Shown here piece after piece: positions 1 through 10,018 of a stretch of DNA of 64,000 nucleotides. The stretch spans positions 1,440,001 through 1,504,000 of the forward strand of contig CBDHHL010000032.1 in NCBI GenBank assembly GCA_965263355.1, written 5' to 3'. The stretch's first letter is position 1. Every line of letters begins with the position of its first letter. The notes below the pieces were generated by a model, which was given only the letters and a program-made list of their open reading frames with translations, made no database searches and was not told the origin of the DNA. The position numbers and the translations under genes were made by a program. The stretch is from Leptolyngbyaceae cyanobacterium (GTDB taxonomy: Bacteria; Cyanobacteriota; Cyanobacteriia; Phormidesmidales; Phormidesmidaceae).

Positions 1-1014
1 ACAGATGTTTACCAGGAATTTCGACGACAAATTTACAATCAGTTCCGTCTGCCCACACAAACAGAACCCAAATTTCAACCGGATCCCAACTCTCCGACGG
101 TGCAGCTATGGCCCTGGATGTATGGGGATACGGTACAGCTGGGAGGAGCACCCCAGGATGCCAATCAGTATCTGTGTTTGACCAATACGCAACTGATGAT
201 TTTAGAAAAATGGGTCGAGGGTGATTTTATCGATGATTTGAAATTTCATCATGGCGATGGCACCCATGTTGATATCGCCAAACTCTATCACCATACCCAT
301 ACCCACATTGAAAAGTATCCCATTGAGGAACAACCGTTAGAACTGGATCGGGCGGCCATGCATTTCTGTCTTGGCGGTGCATTTCACCCAGGTTGTGAGA
401 TGACCTGGCCCATGCGCCATGCCACCATGTATAGGGCTCCTTTCCGGATCCGTCCCCGCACAGACAAAAATCCCGAACCGGACTATGGCGACCATTTAAG
501 CCACAAAGAGGTGGTGGATGATAACGGACCATTGTATTTTAATGCGCCTGGGGATATTACTCGCTGGATGGCGGTACCCTGGCAGACGGATACCTCTAGC
601 TGTCGGTCTGGTTATATTCCCAAGTATGATCCATTTTTGCCCACGTTCTGGCCTGCACGGGTGCCGAACCATGTGCTGACTAAAAAGGATTATGCCATTG
701 TGATGGATCCTAAAAAGAAGAAAGAAGAGCGTTTAGAGGCCTTTAATCGTCGAGCAGTATGGTTACGGGGGTTACCAGGGGAATATTTGAGCCAGATTCG
801 TGAGATGGTGACAGAATTTGGCAAGCTAGGAGTTGTGGAGAAGAGAGAAGGCCCTGAGGATCCAGAGTTTCCGGATGTGATCTATGTGGAGTCTGAAGTG
901 GGCTATGAAGAACCGGAATCTCCCGATAAAAACTTGCTATGTGAGTATGTGCCATCGGCAAATGAGGCGCGCTACTGGCGTGAGCGTCAGGAACGGTTAG
1001 GCGGCGATCGCTAG
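1..1014 (+). CDS. LodA/GoxA-family CTQ-dependent amino-acid oxidase, C-terminal part (gene starts before the window)
   Basis: Frame is open from base 1. Family motifs GGAFHPGCEMTWPMRH, PGDITRWMAVPWQTDTSSC (CTQ Asp/Cys) and FWPARVP (CTQ Trp). Followed by a flavoprotein gene. Confidence 0.9.
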   Translation, partial: TDVYQEFRRQIYNQFRLPTQTEPKFQPDPNSPTVQLWPWMYGDTVQLGGAPQDANQYLCLTNTQLMILEKWVEGDFIDDLKFHHGDGTHVDIAKLYHHTHTHIEKYPIEEQPLELDRAAMHFCLGGAFHPGCEMTWPMRHATMYRAPFRIRPRTDKNPEPDYGDHLSHKEVVDDNGPLYFNAPGDITRWMAVPWQTDTSSCRSGYIPKYDPFLPTFWPARVPNHVLTKKDYAIVMDPKKKKEERLEAFNRRAVWLRGLPGEYLSQIREMVTEFGKLGVVEKREGPEDPEFPDVIYVESEVGYEEPESPDKNLLCEYVPSANEARYWRERQERLGGDR

Positions 1015-1027
1015 ACCCACCCCGGAG

Positions 1028-1043
1028 CCCCTCCCAGGAGGGG
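1028..1043. repeat. Short GC-rich palindrome (REP-like hairpin) between the lodA- and lodB-like genes
   Basis: CCCCTCC-CA-GGAGGGG inverted repeat. Confidence 0.5.
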
Positions 1044-1095
1044 AAAAGTTGTCCCGAGTGCCAGTGAGGGTTGTGGTAGATAGTTTTGCTAATCT

Positions 1096-2211
1096 ATGCC
1101 TACTGATTCAACAATGTTGACAGCTGACGTTGCCATTGCAGGCTCCGGCCCAGCTGGTTCCATCGCTGCCCTTGTTTTAGCCCAGAAAGGTCATTCAGTT
1201 TGTTTGATCGACGACGTGCAACCCGGTGCTCCAAAAGTGGGCGAGTCTCTCCCAGGGGCGGCTCGCCCATTGTTACGAGATTTAGGTCTGCTCACACTTG
1301 TGGAGGCGGGGGGCCATACCCCTTGTTATGGCAATCTCTCGGTATGGGGTTCCGATCAGGTAATCGAAACGGATTTTATCCGCGATCCGAATGGGTTGGG
1401 CTGGCATTTGGATCGGCCTAAATTTGATGAATCTCTTCGACAGGCTGCTTTAGCTGCAGGGGCACAGTACCATCAGTCGCGGGTTAGCTCAGTGCTGTGG
1501 TCTGGTGAGAATTGGTTGGTGACGTTGTCGTCTGGGCAAGAGATAACAATGCACTGGGTGTTGGATGCGACGGGGCGGCGGGCGGCACTGGCACGTCAGC
1601 TGGGGGCACGGCGGCAGCGGGATGATGATTTGGTGGCGGTGGTGACCTGGGTGCCGTCTTCTGAAGAGGATCGAGATACGCGGACGCTAATTGAGGCGGT
1701 GCCGGATGGATGGTGGTATACAGCGCGGTTACCGGGAGTTAAGCCTCAGCGGGTGGTGGTGTTTCATACGGTGCCGCAGGTGGCGGGTAGGCTACGGCGT
1801 GAGCCTAAGGTCTGGCTGGATTATTTGTCTCAGGCGCATCAGGTAAGCCGCGTGTTGGGGCGTATTTTGTCGGCGGATGAGCTGGCGGCGATGGTGGCGG
1901 CTCCTAAGCCGTTTTTGTTGACGGAGGCTTGCGGGGCGCGGTTGGATCGGTTTTGGGGGCCGGGCTGGTTGGCGGTGGGAGATGCGGCGCTTTCGTTTGA
2001 TCCGTTATCGTCCCAGGGGATTTTTAATGGGTTGTATACGGGGATGATGGCGGGGCGGACGGTGGATGCGGTTTTGTCGGGGCAGGCGGATGTACTACAA
2101 GGATATGCGACTCAGTTGGAAAGTATTCGGGCAGCGTATTTAAGACACCAGCAAATGTTTTATCAGGCAGAAGAGAGATGGTATAAGAATACGTTTTGGG
2201 CTCAGCGCTGA
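1096..2211 (+). CDS. LodB/GoxB-like FAD-dependent oxidoreductase (probable CTQ-maturation flavoprotein)
   Basis: Rossmann motif IAGSGPAG, KVGESL, DATGR, GWWY, AVGDAALSFDPLSSQGI; directly downstream of the LodA-like gene. Confidence 0.85.
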   Translation: MPTDSTMLTADVAIAGSGPAGSIAALVLAQKGHSVCLIDDVQPGAPKVGESLPGAARPLLRDLGLLTLVEAGGHTPCYGNLSVWGSDQVIETDFIRDPNGLGWHLDRPKFDESLRQAALAAGAQYHQSRVSSVLWSGENWLVTLSSGQEITMHWVLDATGRRAALARQLGARRQRDDDLVAVVTWVPSSEEDRDTRTLIEAVPDGWWYTARLPGVKPQRVVVFHTVPQVAGRLRREPKVWLDYLSQAHQVSRVLGRILSADELAAMVAAPKPFLLTEACGARLDRFWGPGWLAVGDAALSFDPLSSQGIFNGLYTGMMAGRTVDAVLSGQADVLQGYATQLESIRAAYLRHQQMFYQAEERWYKNTFWAQR

Positions 2212-2261
2212 ATTGCTAAATCTACACTCGTCCTACAGAGCATCCACAACGAAGAAAATAC

Positions 2262-2423
2262 CACGTAGGGTGGGCAAATGCCTATGGATATCCGTTATCC
2301 CCTTACCAATATCTATGCTTCCCACCATCACCGATGCTGCCCATTGAGTAAAAATCTTGAAAGAGGTGGGCAAAATGTAACGGTTGACAATGGCGCAGGA
2401 TATCTAGCCTACCATTCTACGTG
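2262..2423. repeat. Degenerate REP/MITE-like element of the GTAGGGTGGGCA type
   Basis: Left end CACGTAGGGTGGGCA, imperfect inverted right end GCCTACCATTCTACGTG, internal GGTGGGCA and CCCACC copies. Confidence 0.5.
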
Positions 2424-2773
2424 TTGACTATGCTCACTCTACTCTGACTCGTACTCAACAATTTATGACCATCCTATTAAGATAAAACAGTACTGCATCA
2501 ACCTTATTAGGGGCCATTATCACCAAGAAAAGCAGTCCACACTGGGGCTCATAAAAATTTTCAACACTTGGTCTGACTTGCTTTGCTATGCTGCTTAGTG
2601 GATAAAGTCGAGGTCAGGTGAGAAAATGGCGAAAAGTAGGATCTTCCTTAAACTGTATCCAGCTTATAAACAACGCAGTTATAAATGAGCTAGAACAATA
2701 ATATAGACAAAAAGTATCAGTAAATTGGAAGCTTAAGCAGTCTGAATTTCGCGCCATCTAACCATGTACTAAA

Positions 2774-3013
2774 ATGTTACTTTTTGAGCGGGGTCACTTT
2801 ATCTATGGCGGAACAACAGTTGCACTGTCGATGTTGATAACGGCAACTGCATGCCAGCCAGAAAATTTGTCAACACACTACATCGGCGATATTTTGCAGC
2901 CAATTGTGTTACCCAATAGTTTTGAACCCCCCGGCGATAAGTCCCCTAATCGGACTTCAGGCCTTGGTTCTCGTAGTTACCGGCAGCAGCCCTTTCAGAC
3001 AAGAATGGGGTAG
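2774..3013 (+). CDS. Small putative exported or lipo-peptide (79 aa) carrying a DUF928-N-terminus-like motif
   Basis: Hydrophobic leader ending TATAC; motif FEPPGDKSPNRTSGLGSR; convergent with a CHASE2 gene. Confidence 0.55.
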   Translation: MLLFERGHFIYGGTTVALSMLITATACQPENLSTHYIGDILQPIVLPNSFEPPGDKSPNRTSGLGSRSYRQQPFQTRMG

Positions 3014-3037
3014 TCTAGAAAATATCAATAATGGTTA

Positions 3038-5788
3038 CTACGTCAAATGGGTAGACGGGCACTGATTGGTGGGTTTGCCTAATAAGCTGCTAATTAATTG
3101 CTGATTTTCTTCACTCTCAGTTTGCTGGAGATATTCTAGGGCAATTTGGCCGACGGCAGGTTTTTCCTGGGAAATCATAACCAGTTGTTTTACAGTTTGT
3201 TGTAGTTGAATTCGCTTTAGTCGCTGGTTTGCCATAATAACAAATGCCAGGATAGACAGCCCCCAGGAGAGGACCGCCGGCAGCAAGGGTAACCATAAGC
3301 CTGCTAAAAAACTGGCATAACAGAGAAGAAATAGGACAATAAAACCCAGCGTGGCAATTGTTAAAACACGTCTCGGGGATTTGAGCCACCAAACCATACT
3401 GGTGCCCATCAATGCCCACATCAGCCCCCACAATTGTTCCTGGGGCTCCGACCATGTGTTTAATAGCGGTCGTTCATCCAGGGCTGCGGCTAACAGCTGA
3501 CTGATAATATTGGCATGGACTGCGATGCCCGCCATTTCCTCCTGGGGAAGTCCAAACCAAAAGGTATTGTAGGGGGTACCCACCAGGTTTTGGACACTCT
3601 CGGCAATGGGACCAACCAGAACAATGCGATCGCGCATCGCCCCTGTGGGTACATTTCCCGTCAATACTTGCTGTAAAGAATAGGTTTGGAATTTACTTTG
3701 AGTACCCCAATAGTTAATCAAGATTTGATAGCCACCATCATCTGCCCGGACATAGCCGCCATGATTACTTCGGAAGGGATAAAGCGTGGCCTGTCCTAAC
3801 CGAACGATGTGGGAAGACTGAGGTAACTCATTTGGATGAATGCCATCCGCCTTCAAATAATCTAAAGTTAGCTTTAAGGCAAGACTATGACGAAGTTTTC
3901 CATCGGGTGTACGCAGAGAGAGCAGGGCTCGCCGTAGGTTACCATCAGAATCAAATACCTGGTCTGTAAATCCTACCTGGTCAAGGCTAGCCAGTTGGAC
4001 AGGAGGTGCCACCTGGGTGCCAACAACTTTTTCAATGCCTACTAGATTCGGCATTGTGGCAAATAGCTGGTTAAGCTGTTGTGTGCCTGGTTCAACAGGC
4101 AAATCACGATAAAAAATTAGACCAATTTGTCGGGGTTGCTGAGCCGCCAGCTGTCGTAGGACATCCGCAATCACTTGGTCAGGAATAGGATAGCGGCCTA
4201 TCCGTTGTAAATCTGTTTCATCAATGGTAACTAGGGTAATGCGAGGATCCATCGGCACAGTGCCATGGCGTAGTTGAAAAAAACCATCTAGCAACGTCCA
4301 TTCACTTCCCTGTAGCCAACCGGTCAGACACAGTAACCATACCAATAGAGCCGTTGCCCCGCCCACCAAGAAAACCCACCAGGGAGGAATACGTAACCGC
4401 TTAACCCGTTGTCGGCTGGTTAATTTTGCCTGGGCCAGTACCTGATTGGCTTCGCGGGTAACCGCCAGGGCAAATTGAATTTGTTCTCGCTGTTGTTGTT
4501 CTTCTTCTAACTGAGTTTCAATACGGTATTGTTCTTGTTGTTGGCTAATTCTCAAAAAACGATAATCTAAATCGCTCAGCTGTTTTTCATCAGCCCAGGC
4601 AATGGCTTCTTGTAAGGCCAACCCTTTAAGCAGACAAGTTGCGTCCGTTTGCTCGGTGGCAATCCAGTTATCAAAGGCGGCTGAATAAGGGCGCAGTAGG
4701 GATAACTGCCGCGTTACCCAACTATTGTTAAAGATATTTCGGTAAATTGGATTTTTAACTTGGAGATGTCCCTGACGATTGACCACTAGTCCTGAGAGAA
4801 GTAGCTCCGTTTGTTCCCGACTCCCGTCACAGGGAACGTCCTGGTTTGCTAAGATTTGCTGATAAAGCCCTAGTAAACGCCCCGTAAGGGTGGGTTGGTT
4901 GAGGATGCGATCGCGAATAGTCCTCAAATGTTCAGGCTCATCGCGAGTTTCCCAATTTTCAATCAATCGGGTTTGCACTACCCAGTTGATCCAGTTAGTC
5001 TGGGCTGCAGAGTCTGTCGGGGGAGGGGCTGCTTCGATCAGCTGCTGACATATTTTTTGAGTCAAAAACGGTTGACCGGCGGTCCATTCCAACACATCCG
5101 CCAGGTGAGAGGGCGACAGACCTAGCCCTTGCAATCCGGTGGCCAGGGGAGTGGCTTCTGCTAGCGAAAAGCCTTCCAATGTAATCGCTTGGCCAATATT
5201 AAAAGGCGTTCGTTGCCTATCCTGGAGTAAATCAGCTGGACTGGCTACCCCAAACATAGCAAACGTAATACGATGATAGTTGGGATCTATAGCACGTCTG
5301 TTATAGCAGTGGCGAATCGTCGCGAAAAAGTCATCAACCGCAAAGGGAAGTCCCAGAACATTGTCAATTTCGTCTAAAAAGATATAGAAATGGTCGTCTG
5401 GATATTGGGCCAGAAGTTGATCCCCAATAAAACGACTAAATTTCTGGGGTAATGAGACATCACGTTGGCACTGCCACCAGTGTTGAAAGTGCTCCTCATT
5501 AGGCAGCCGTAGATCATGCCATAGTTCAGCCAATAGCCCTTTGTACCACTGTATAGGCGTTACCCGTTTACTGCCGATGCTGGTTAAATCTACCATGGCA
5601 CAGCGATGGCCTGCCTGCTGCAGTCGGAACTTTGTCCGCACCATGAGGGAAGACTTGCCCATCTGCCGAGAATTGAGCACATAGCAAAATTCGCCTGCTG
5701 TGAGTGCTTTTAGCAAGCTCGTATCGGTCTGTCGCTCCACATAGGTGGGATCTGTTGCATGCAGAGTGCCACCAACTTGATATCGCAT
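3038..5788 (-). CDS. AAA-like (AAA_35/STAND) ATPase fused to a transmembrane CHASE2 sensor
   Basis: Walker A NSRQMGKSS, Walker B FLDEID, TPFNIG, WTAGQPFLTQ; TM helix; CHASE2 motifs DPRITLVTIDE, YRDLPVEPG, GIAVHANIISQL; three C-terminal TM helices. Confidence 0.9.
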   Translation of the reverse strand: MRYQVGGTLHATDPTYVERQTDTSLLKALTAGEFCYVLNSRQMGKSSLMVRTKFRLQQAGHRCAMVDLTSIGSKRVTPIQWYKGLLAELWHDLRLPNEEHFQHWWQCQRDVSLPQKFSRFIGDQLLAQYPDDHFYIFLDEIDNVLGLPFAVDDFFATIRHCYNRRAIDPNYHRITFAMFGVASPADLLQDRQRTPFNIGQAITLEGFSLAEATPLATGLQGLGLSPSHLADVLEWTAGQPFLTQKICQQLIEAAPPPTDSAAQTNWINWVVQTRLIENWETRDEPEHLRTIRDRILNQPTLTGRLLGLYQQILANQDVPCDGSREQTELLLSGLVVNRQGHLQVKNPIYRNIFNNSWVTRQLSLLRPYSAAFDNWIATEQTDATCLLKGLALQEAIAWADEKQLSDLDYRFLRISQQQEQYRIETQLEEEQQQREQIQFALAVTREANQVLAQAKLTSRQRVKRLRIPPWWVFLVGGATALLVWLLCLTGWLQGSEWTLLDGFFQLRHGTVPMDPRITLVTIDETDLQRIGRYPIPDQVIADVLRQLAAQQPRQIGLIFYRDLPVEPGTQQLNQLFATMPNLVGIEKVVGTQVAPPVQLASLDQVGFTDQVFDSDGNLRRALLSLRTPDGKLRHSLALKLTLDYLKADGIHPNELPQSSHIVRLGQATLYPFRSNHGGYVRADDGGYQILINYWGTQSKFQTYSLQQVLTGNVPTGAMRDRIVLVGPIAESVQNLVGTPYNTFWFGLPQEEMAGIAVHANIISQLLAAALDERPLLNTWSEPQEQLWGLMWALMGTSMVWWLKSPRRVLTIATLGFIVLFLLCYASFLAGLWLPLLPAVLSWGLSILAFVIMANQRLKRIQLQQTVKQLVMISQEKPAVGQIALEYLQQTESEENQQLISSLLGKPTNQCPSTHLT

Positions 5789-6066
5789 AGGCTATAGCAA
5801 TTTTCTATGGCGATTCTGTTATTAATACTTCAAAAATAGAAAAATACTGCATCTGTTTTCGCTTATATTCAATTATTCAATAGGATGACCTAAATCATAG
5901 CAACAACAACTCAGTTTAATTTGTACTACTTTAATCTTCACTGGATAAGGCCTAAATGTCTTTAAGCATTAGAGGTGTTAGGCAATACAAATCTGAAATT
6001 ACTCACTTTTCTCACTATTTTCTCACTTGGACGACCTAACGGTACGGCAGTCAGAAGGGGACAATA

Positions 6067-6092
6067 TTCCGAACTCCGAACTCCGAATTCCG
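6067..6092. repeat. Heptameric short tandem repeat (TCCGAAC/TCCGAAT), STRR-like
   Basis: ttccgaactccgaactccgaattccg; related copies near 18516-18565, 53695-53710, 58248-58286 and 58850-58862. Confidence 0.65.
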
Positions 6093-6194
6093 TAGGGCTT
6101 TGCCCTTCTCGCAGAGTACTCTAGATCTCTGAGAAAATCGTCCCGCTTTATATTGGTACTCCTCCTAAATTTAATCCTTGTTATCTAATAACAT

Positions 6195-7601
6195 TTAGTG
6201 CACAAGGGCATCTAACTGATGGCTGAAATAAAGACGATAAAGTTCGCAACTTGGCTTAACTAGGGTACGCTCAAACCGAATTAGCCCCAAACTATCAAGC
6301 TTATAACTAGCAATGGCATCCAGGGCAATTCCTTCCTGACTGGTAACCACCTGATAATAGCTGGTTGCTATGGCTGGATCACTTTGGAGCATTGTCAGAT
6401 AGTTCTGAAGATGATGGCGATAAATCCCCTCGCTGGTAGCAGCCGTGGACACAATTTGCCCCAAAGACCTTTGGCCTTGCTGCAATGTATAAAATGCCAA
6501 CCCAGCTAAGTAAGGATGACCGTTGATCAGATGGTAAAAAGAAGGCAGCGATTGCCCGGAGGGTTCATGCAAAAACCTTTCCACACCATAATGATGGGCC
6601 AGGGTCGTCAACTGCTCCAGGGTAAAGGGGATTAATTTAATCGGCAAACCCACGTTAAAAGGAGATTGATTTAAATGCAATGGTACATAGAGATCGGTAG
6701 CGTGAACCAGGACCAGCCGTAGTTTTTGCCAAATAGCACTATCTTTAGAGCGTTCATGCCATACCCGTAGCATGGGCAAAAAGTCTTGGACAATAGATTC
6801 GTATTCAAATATGCGATTCAGTTCGTCAATCCCTAACACCAGGGGAGCCGCAATCTCTTTCAATAGATAGCGCTCAAAGTAAAGCTTACAATTGACTTTA
6901 CTACCCATTTCTACGTCCCACATGGCCTCTACCTTAGACGGTAGCCCCAGTTGCTGACTGGCATTCGCACATAACCAACGAAGAAATCGATCCAGGCGAT
7001 CAAAAATTTCTCGGTCAACTTCCTGAAAATTTAGGGTAACGGTATGGTATCCCTGACGACGACCATGGGCTAGCAAGCGATTGAGCAAGGAACTTTTGCC
7101 CATGCGACGAGGGCCTTTAATCCTCAATAGACAGCCAGGGTAGTCTAATTCGCTAAAAGCATTGGTTTCCAGCGGTAGGCGCTCAACATAGAGCGGCGAC
7201 TCTAACGATAAGGGGCCGGATGGAAATCGTCTTGCCGCCATGGCATAGTCTACCGTTGGCAGCAGGTGATAATTTATGGTGTCAGGCAGTGGCTCTAGGG
7301 TGGGGCTAATGCTGATGTGGCGTGATATCGGTGAGTTAGTGATCGAAGCTTGCTGCAAACGGTTGGGGGTCAACATCAACCGCAGACTTTTTTTGCTGAC
7401 GTTTTCGCCTAAGGCAACAGAGAGTTCTGACCACAGCTTAGAGCCGATCTGCTTGATATATTCCGTAGCATAGCTGGAGCTTTGGGCGATCTCAGCATAG
7501 CTACGCTGAGACCAAGACTCATTTAAGACCAAGCGCTCCAGCGTTCCCAACGGTCGTTGTAATAGCTGTTCTACTTCAAGTACAAGCGTATCTACATCCA
7601 T
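6195..7601 (-). CDS. N-terminal HTH plus AAA-like (AAA_35/STAND) ATPase
   Basis: HTH-like RSYAEIAQSSSYATEYIKQIGSKLW; Walker A GPRRMGKSS, GIDELN, QSPFNVG, GHPYL. ATG at 7601 preferred to the track start at 7685. Confidence 0.85.
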   Translation of the reverse strand: MDVDTLVLEVEQLLQRPLGTLERLVLNESWSQRSYAEIAQSSSYATEYIKQIGSKLWSELSVALGENVSKKSLRLMLTPNRLQQASITNSPISRHISISPTLEPLPDTINYHLLPTVDYAMAARRFPSGPLSLESPLYVERLPLETNAFSELDYPGCLLRIKGPRRMGKSSLLNRLLAHGRRQGYHTVTLNFQEVDREIFDRLDRFLRWLCANASQQLGLPSKVEAMWDVEMGSKVNCKLYFERYLLKEIAAPLVLGIDELNRIFEYESIVQDFLPMLRVWHERSKDSAIWQKLRLVLVHATDLYVPLHLNQSPFNVGLPIKLIPFTLEQLTTLAHHYGVERFLHEPSGQSLPSFYHLINGHPYLAGLAFYTLQQGQRSLGQIVSTAATSEGIYRHHLQNYLTMLQSDPAIATSYYQVVTSQEGIALDAIASYKLDSLGLIRFERTLVKPSCELYRLYFSHQLDALVH

Positions 7602-7759
7602 CAGAGAACAAGGTTGAGCTATAAAACAATTAGCGCTCAAAGATAATGCTAGACAGGCTCTACCATTACCAAGGTCGGTGAGCACTGAATATTGGTTTGA
7701 CGCTAGATTTTACAGAATCCTACCATTTTCGCTGGGGAACCTTGACTCCGGAACTCGTC

Positions 7760-8218
7760 CTAGGCTGCTTTCACAAGGACCGTGTCTCCCTCAATCATGG
7801 CATCATAGGCATCTAGCGGTCTGACGGCAGGTCCAACCGTTGCGGTACCGTCCGTGGCAAATTTTGAACCATGACAGGCACAGGAAAATTCTTTTTCCTG
7901 CCAATCAACGGTGCAGCCTTGGTGGGTACAGGTGGCATTGAGGGCAATCACACTGTCGGTATTAGCTGGGTCGCGCACTACGATTACAGCACCAGCTGCC
8001 AGGCCTTTCTTGGTCACAAAGCCTTTGGCGTCTAAATCTGCTACCGTGCCGACGGCAACAAAGCCATCGGTTCTGGAAGCTTCATTGGCTGGAGTTGCAG
8101 TCCCTTCTGTGGGGGTATCCGATGCGGTTTCTTTTGGGGTGCAGGCTGCGATCGCAACCGGCAACGATGTGGCCAAAAATCCCAACCCGACAAAGTTTAC
8201 AAATTCACGACGTTTCAT
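7760..8218 (-). CDS. Rieske 2Fe-2S protein (PetC-like paralog, Tat-exported lipoprotein)
   Basis: Tat motif MKRREF, AIAAC lipobox, CTHQGC and CACHGS Rieske boxes. Confidence 0.9.
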   Translation of the reverse strand: MKRREFVNFVGLGFLATSLPVAIAACTPKETASDTPTEGTATPANEASRTDGFVAVGTVADLDAKGFVTKKGLAAGAVIVVRDPANTDSVIALNATCTHQGCTVDWQEKEFSCACHGSKFATDGTATVGPAVRPLDAYDAMIEGDTVLVKAA

Positions 8219-8433
8219 AAAATGCTCCTCTCCATTCGTTATTAGCCGTTAATACCGATTCGTAGCCTTAAGCCACTGATTAGTCCGGCCAAGCCAAGAT
8301 TGCCTCAGGGGTAATAATCCCATTGCTGGAACCCCATTGGTTATCGCTGTCAGATAAAAGTGTACTGTGATCCTGAGGGTGGCAAAAGGGGTTTATTTTA
8401 CCGAATGGGTCAACGAACCCATGGGTCAAACTA

Positions 8434-9975
8434 TTATCCATAGATCACTGTTATCGTTCGTCCTGATGACGTGACAGCTGTCTCTATGCTGGTCCTTTCC
8501 GAGAGTGGTTCCGGTCCCTGGCGTTGATCAAAAATAACTAACCAGCCACTCTCTAGCCCTAGCCCTGTTAAATATCGATCCAGTTGCTTCAAGCCACGGT
8601 CCAACGGATTTGATTCTCCTTGACGCCATACCTTTAGCTCAATGCCTAATATTACTGCTCCATAGCGTAAACATAGATCCATACGACCTGAGCCAATTGC
8701 ATATTCGCGCTCCAGGATTCCACCGCCGTTCACAACTCGATGTAGAAACGCCATCATAACAATGTGTGGTGCAATCTCGTGATACGAGACACCGCGCAAT
8801 AGGGGTTGGCCATGCTGTCTCCAGAAAGCTACAAACGCATCCCGTAGAGCAACAATATCCAATTCTCCGGTTTCTGTTAGCCAGCTTGGGTTTAATCTGC
8901 CGAGGGATACCTCTGTTGTGAAGGCTAGGGTGCGGGGTAAAATTTCGCGATAAATTGGGTTGGCAATGGCTAAGTTGCCGGTTTCATCGATCCGACACAG
9001 GCCTAAATCTAGTAAAAACTCTATGTCGTCATTAGCTACTGGACCTAGCTCTTGACCGGCCAGCATGGGTTCCAAGATTGCTTGCACTCGAGTTTCTTGC
9101 AGGCGCTCAGCTAAACTATCGATGTGGGTATCGCGTCGTTGAATCAAACTCTCTCTTGCTTGATCAACTAAGTGGATATCAATGTTTTGAGTTGTATTAT
9201 CGATGAGTTCTTCAACGATTTCTTTGGCAATTGCATTTACTAACCAGGGCTGCCCCTGGGTCAGTTCAAACACGCGGGCAATGGCTGCTGGTGTAAATAG
9301 CTGACCTGTGGTGTCGGTATGTTGCTGGTATAGCTGCTGAACTTCTGTTTGGGTAAAGTTCCGCATGGTGAGCGATGCCACTTTAATGTTAAAAGGGCTG
9401 GATGTATTGAGGCGCTGACTGCCGCCAGAGGCGACTTTGTAGTCTCGAACGTCTCGCATGCCAATCAGCCCCAGGGCATGGGGAAAATGGTTAGGGCGAC
9501 GGGATGCGCCATCGCGCAGCTGGCGTAGAATGCCGATAAGGATATCGTCTTGTAGGGCGTCAATTTCGTCTATAAATATGACCAGGGGGCGGGGGGAGGA
9601 TTCTGCCCACAGTTGTAGGGCGGCATTAAGACGACTGCTGCTGGGGAGAGTGGACCAGTCGGGATGGAGTTCGGGGGGTAACCAGGCTCGGATTGCGCCC
9701 TGCCATGCGGTGAGGATGGCGGTTTCTGCGGCGTCCAGGGTTGGTTTGGCGGCCCCTACTTCGACGGATAGTAATATGGCAGTGTATTGGCCACTGGCAG
9801 TAAGTTGCTGGGCCAGGGTTAGCATGGCTGTTGTTTTACCGACCTGACGGGGGGCGTAGATGACGAAGTATTCTTGCTGGGTGATGATGCGCTTGACGTT
9901 TGGGAGTCGGTCAAGCGGGGGCAACATATAGTGGATTTCAGGACGACATGGACCTGCGGTATTAAACCAGGGCAT
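8434..9975 (-). CDS. AAA-type ATPase with a C-terminal PD-(D/E)XK-like nuclease domain
   Basis: FNTAGPC, Walker A APRQVGKTT, FIDEID, SPFNI; C-terminal REYAIGSGRMDL..GIELK..QLDRY. ATG at 9975 preferred. Confidence 0.85.
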   Translation of the reverse strand: MPWFNTAGPCRPEIHYMLPPLDRLPNVKRIITQQEYFVIYAPRQVGKTTAMLTLAQQLTASGQYTAILLSVEVGAAKPTLDAAETAILTAWQGAIRAWLPPELHPDWSTLPSSSRLNAALQLWAESSPRPLVIFIDEIDALQDDILIGILRQLRDGASRRPNHFPHALGLIGMRDVRDYKVASGGSQRLNTSSPFNIKVASLTMRNFTQTEVQQLYQQHTDTTGQLFTPAAIARVFELTQGQPWLVNAIAKEIVEELIDNTTQNIDIHLVDQARESLIQRRDTHIDSLAERLQETRVQAILEPMLAGQELGPVANDDIEFLLDLGLCRIDETGNLAIANPIYREILPRTLAFTTEVSLGRLNPSWLTETGELDIVALRDAFVAFWRQHGQPLLRGVSYHEIAPHIVMMAFLHRVVNGGGILEREYAIGSGRMDLCLRYGAVILGIELKVWRQGESNPLDRGLKQLDRYLTGLGLESGWLVIFDQRQGPEPLSERTSIETAVTSSGRTITVIYG

Positions 9976-10018
9976 GAACAGCTGAAGCAAGGAGCGGTTC
10001 TATTGTAAACTGTGCTTC

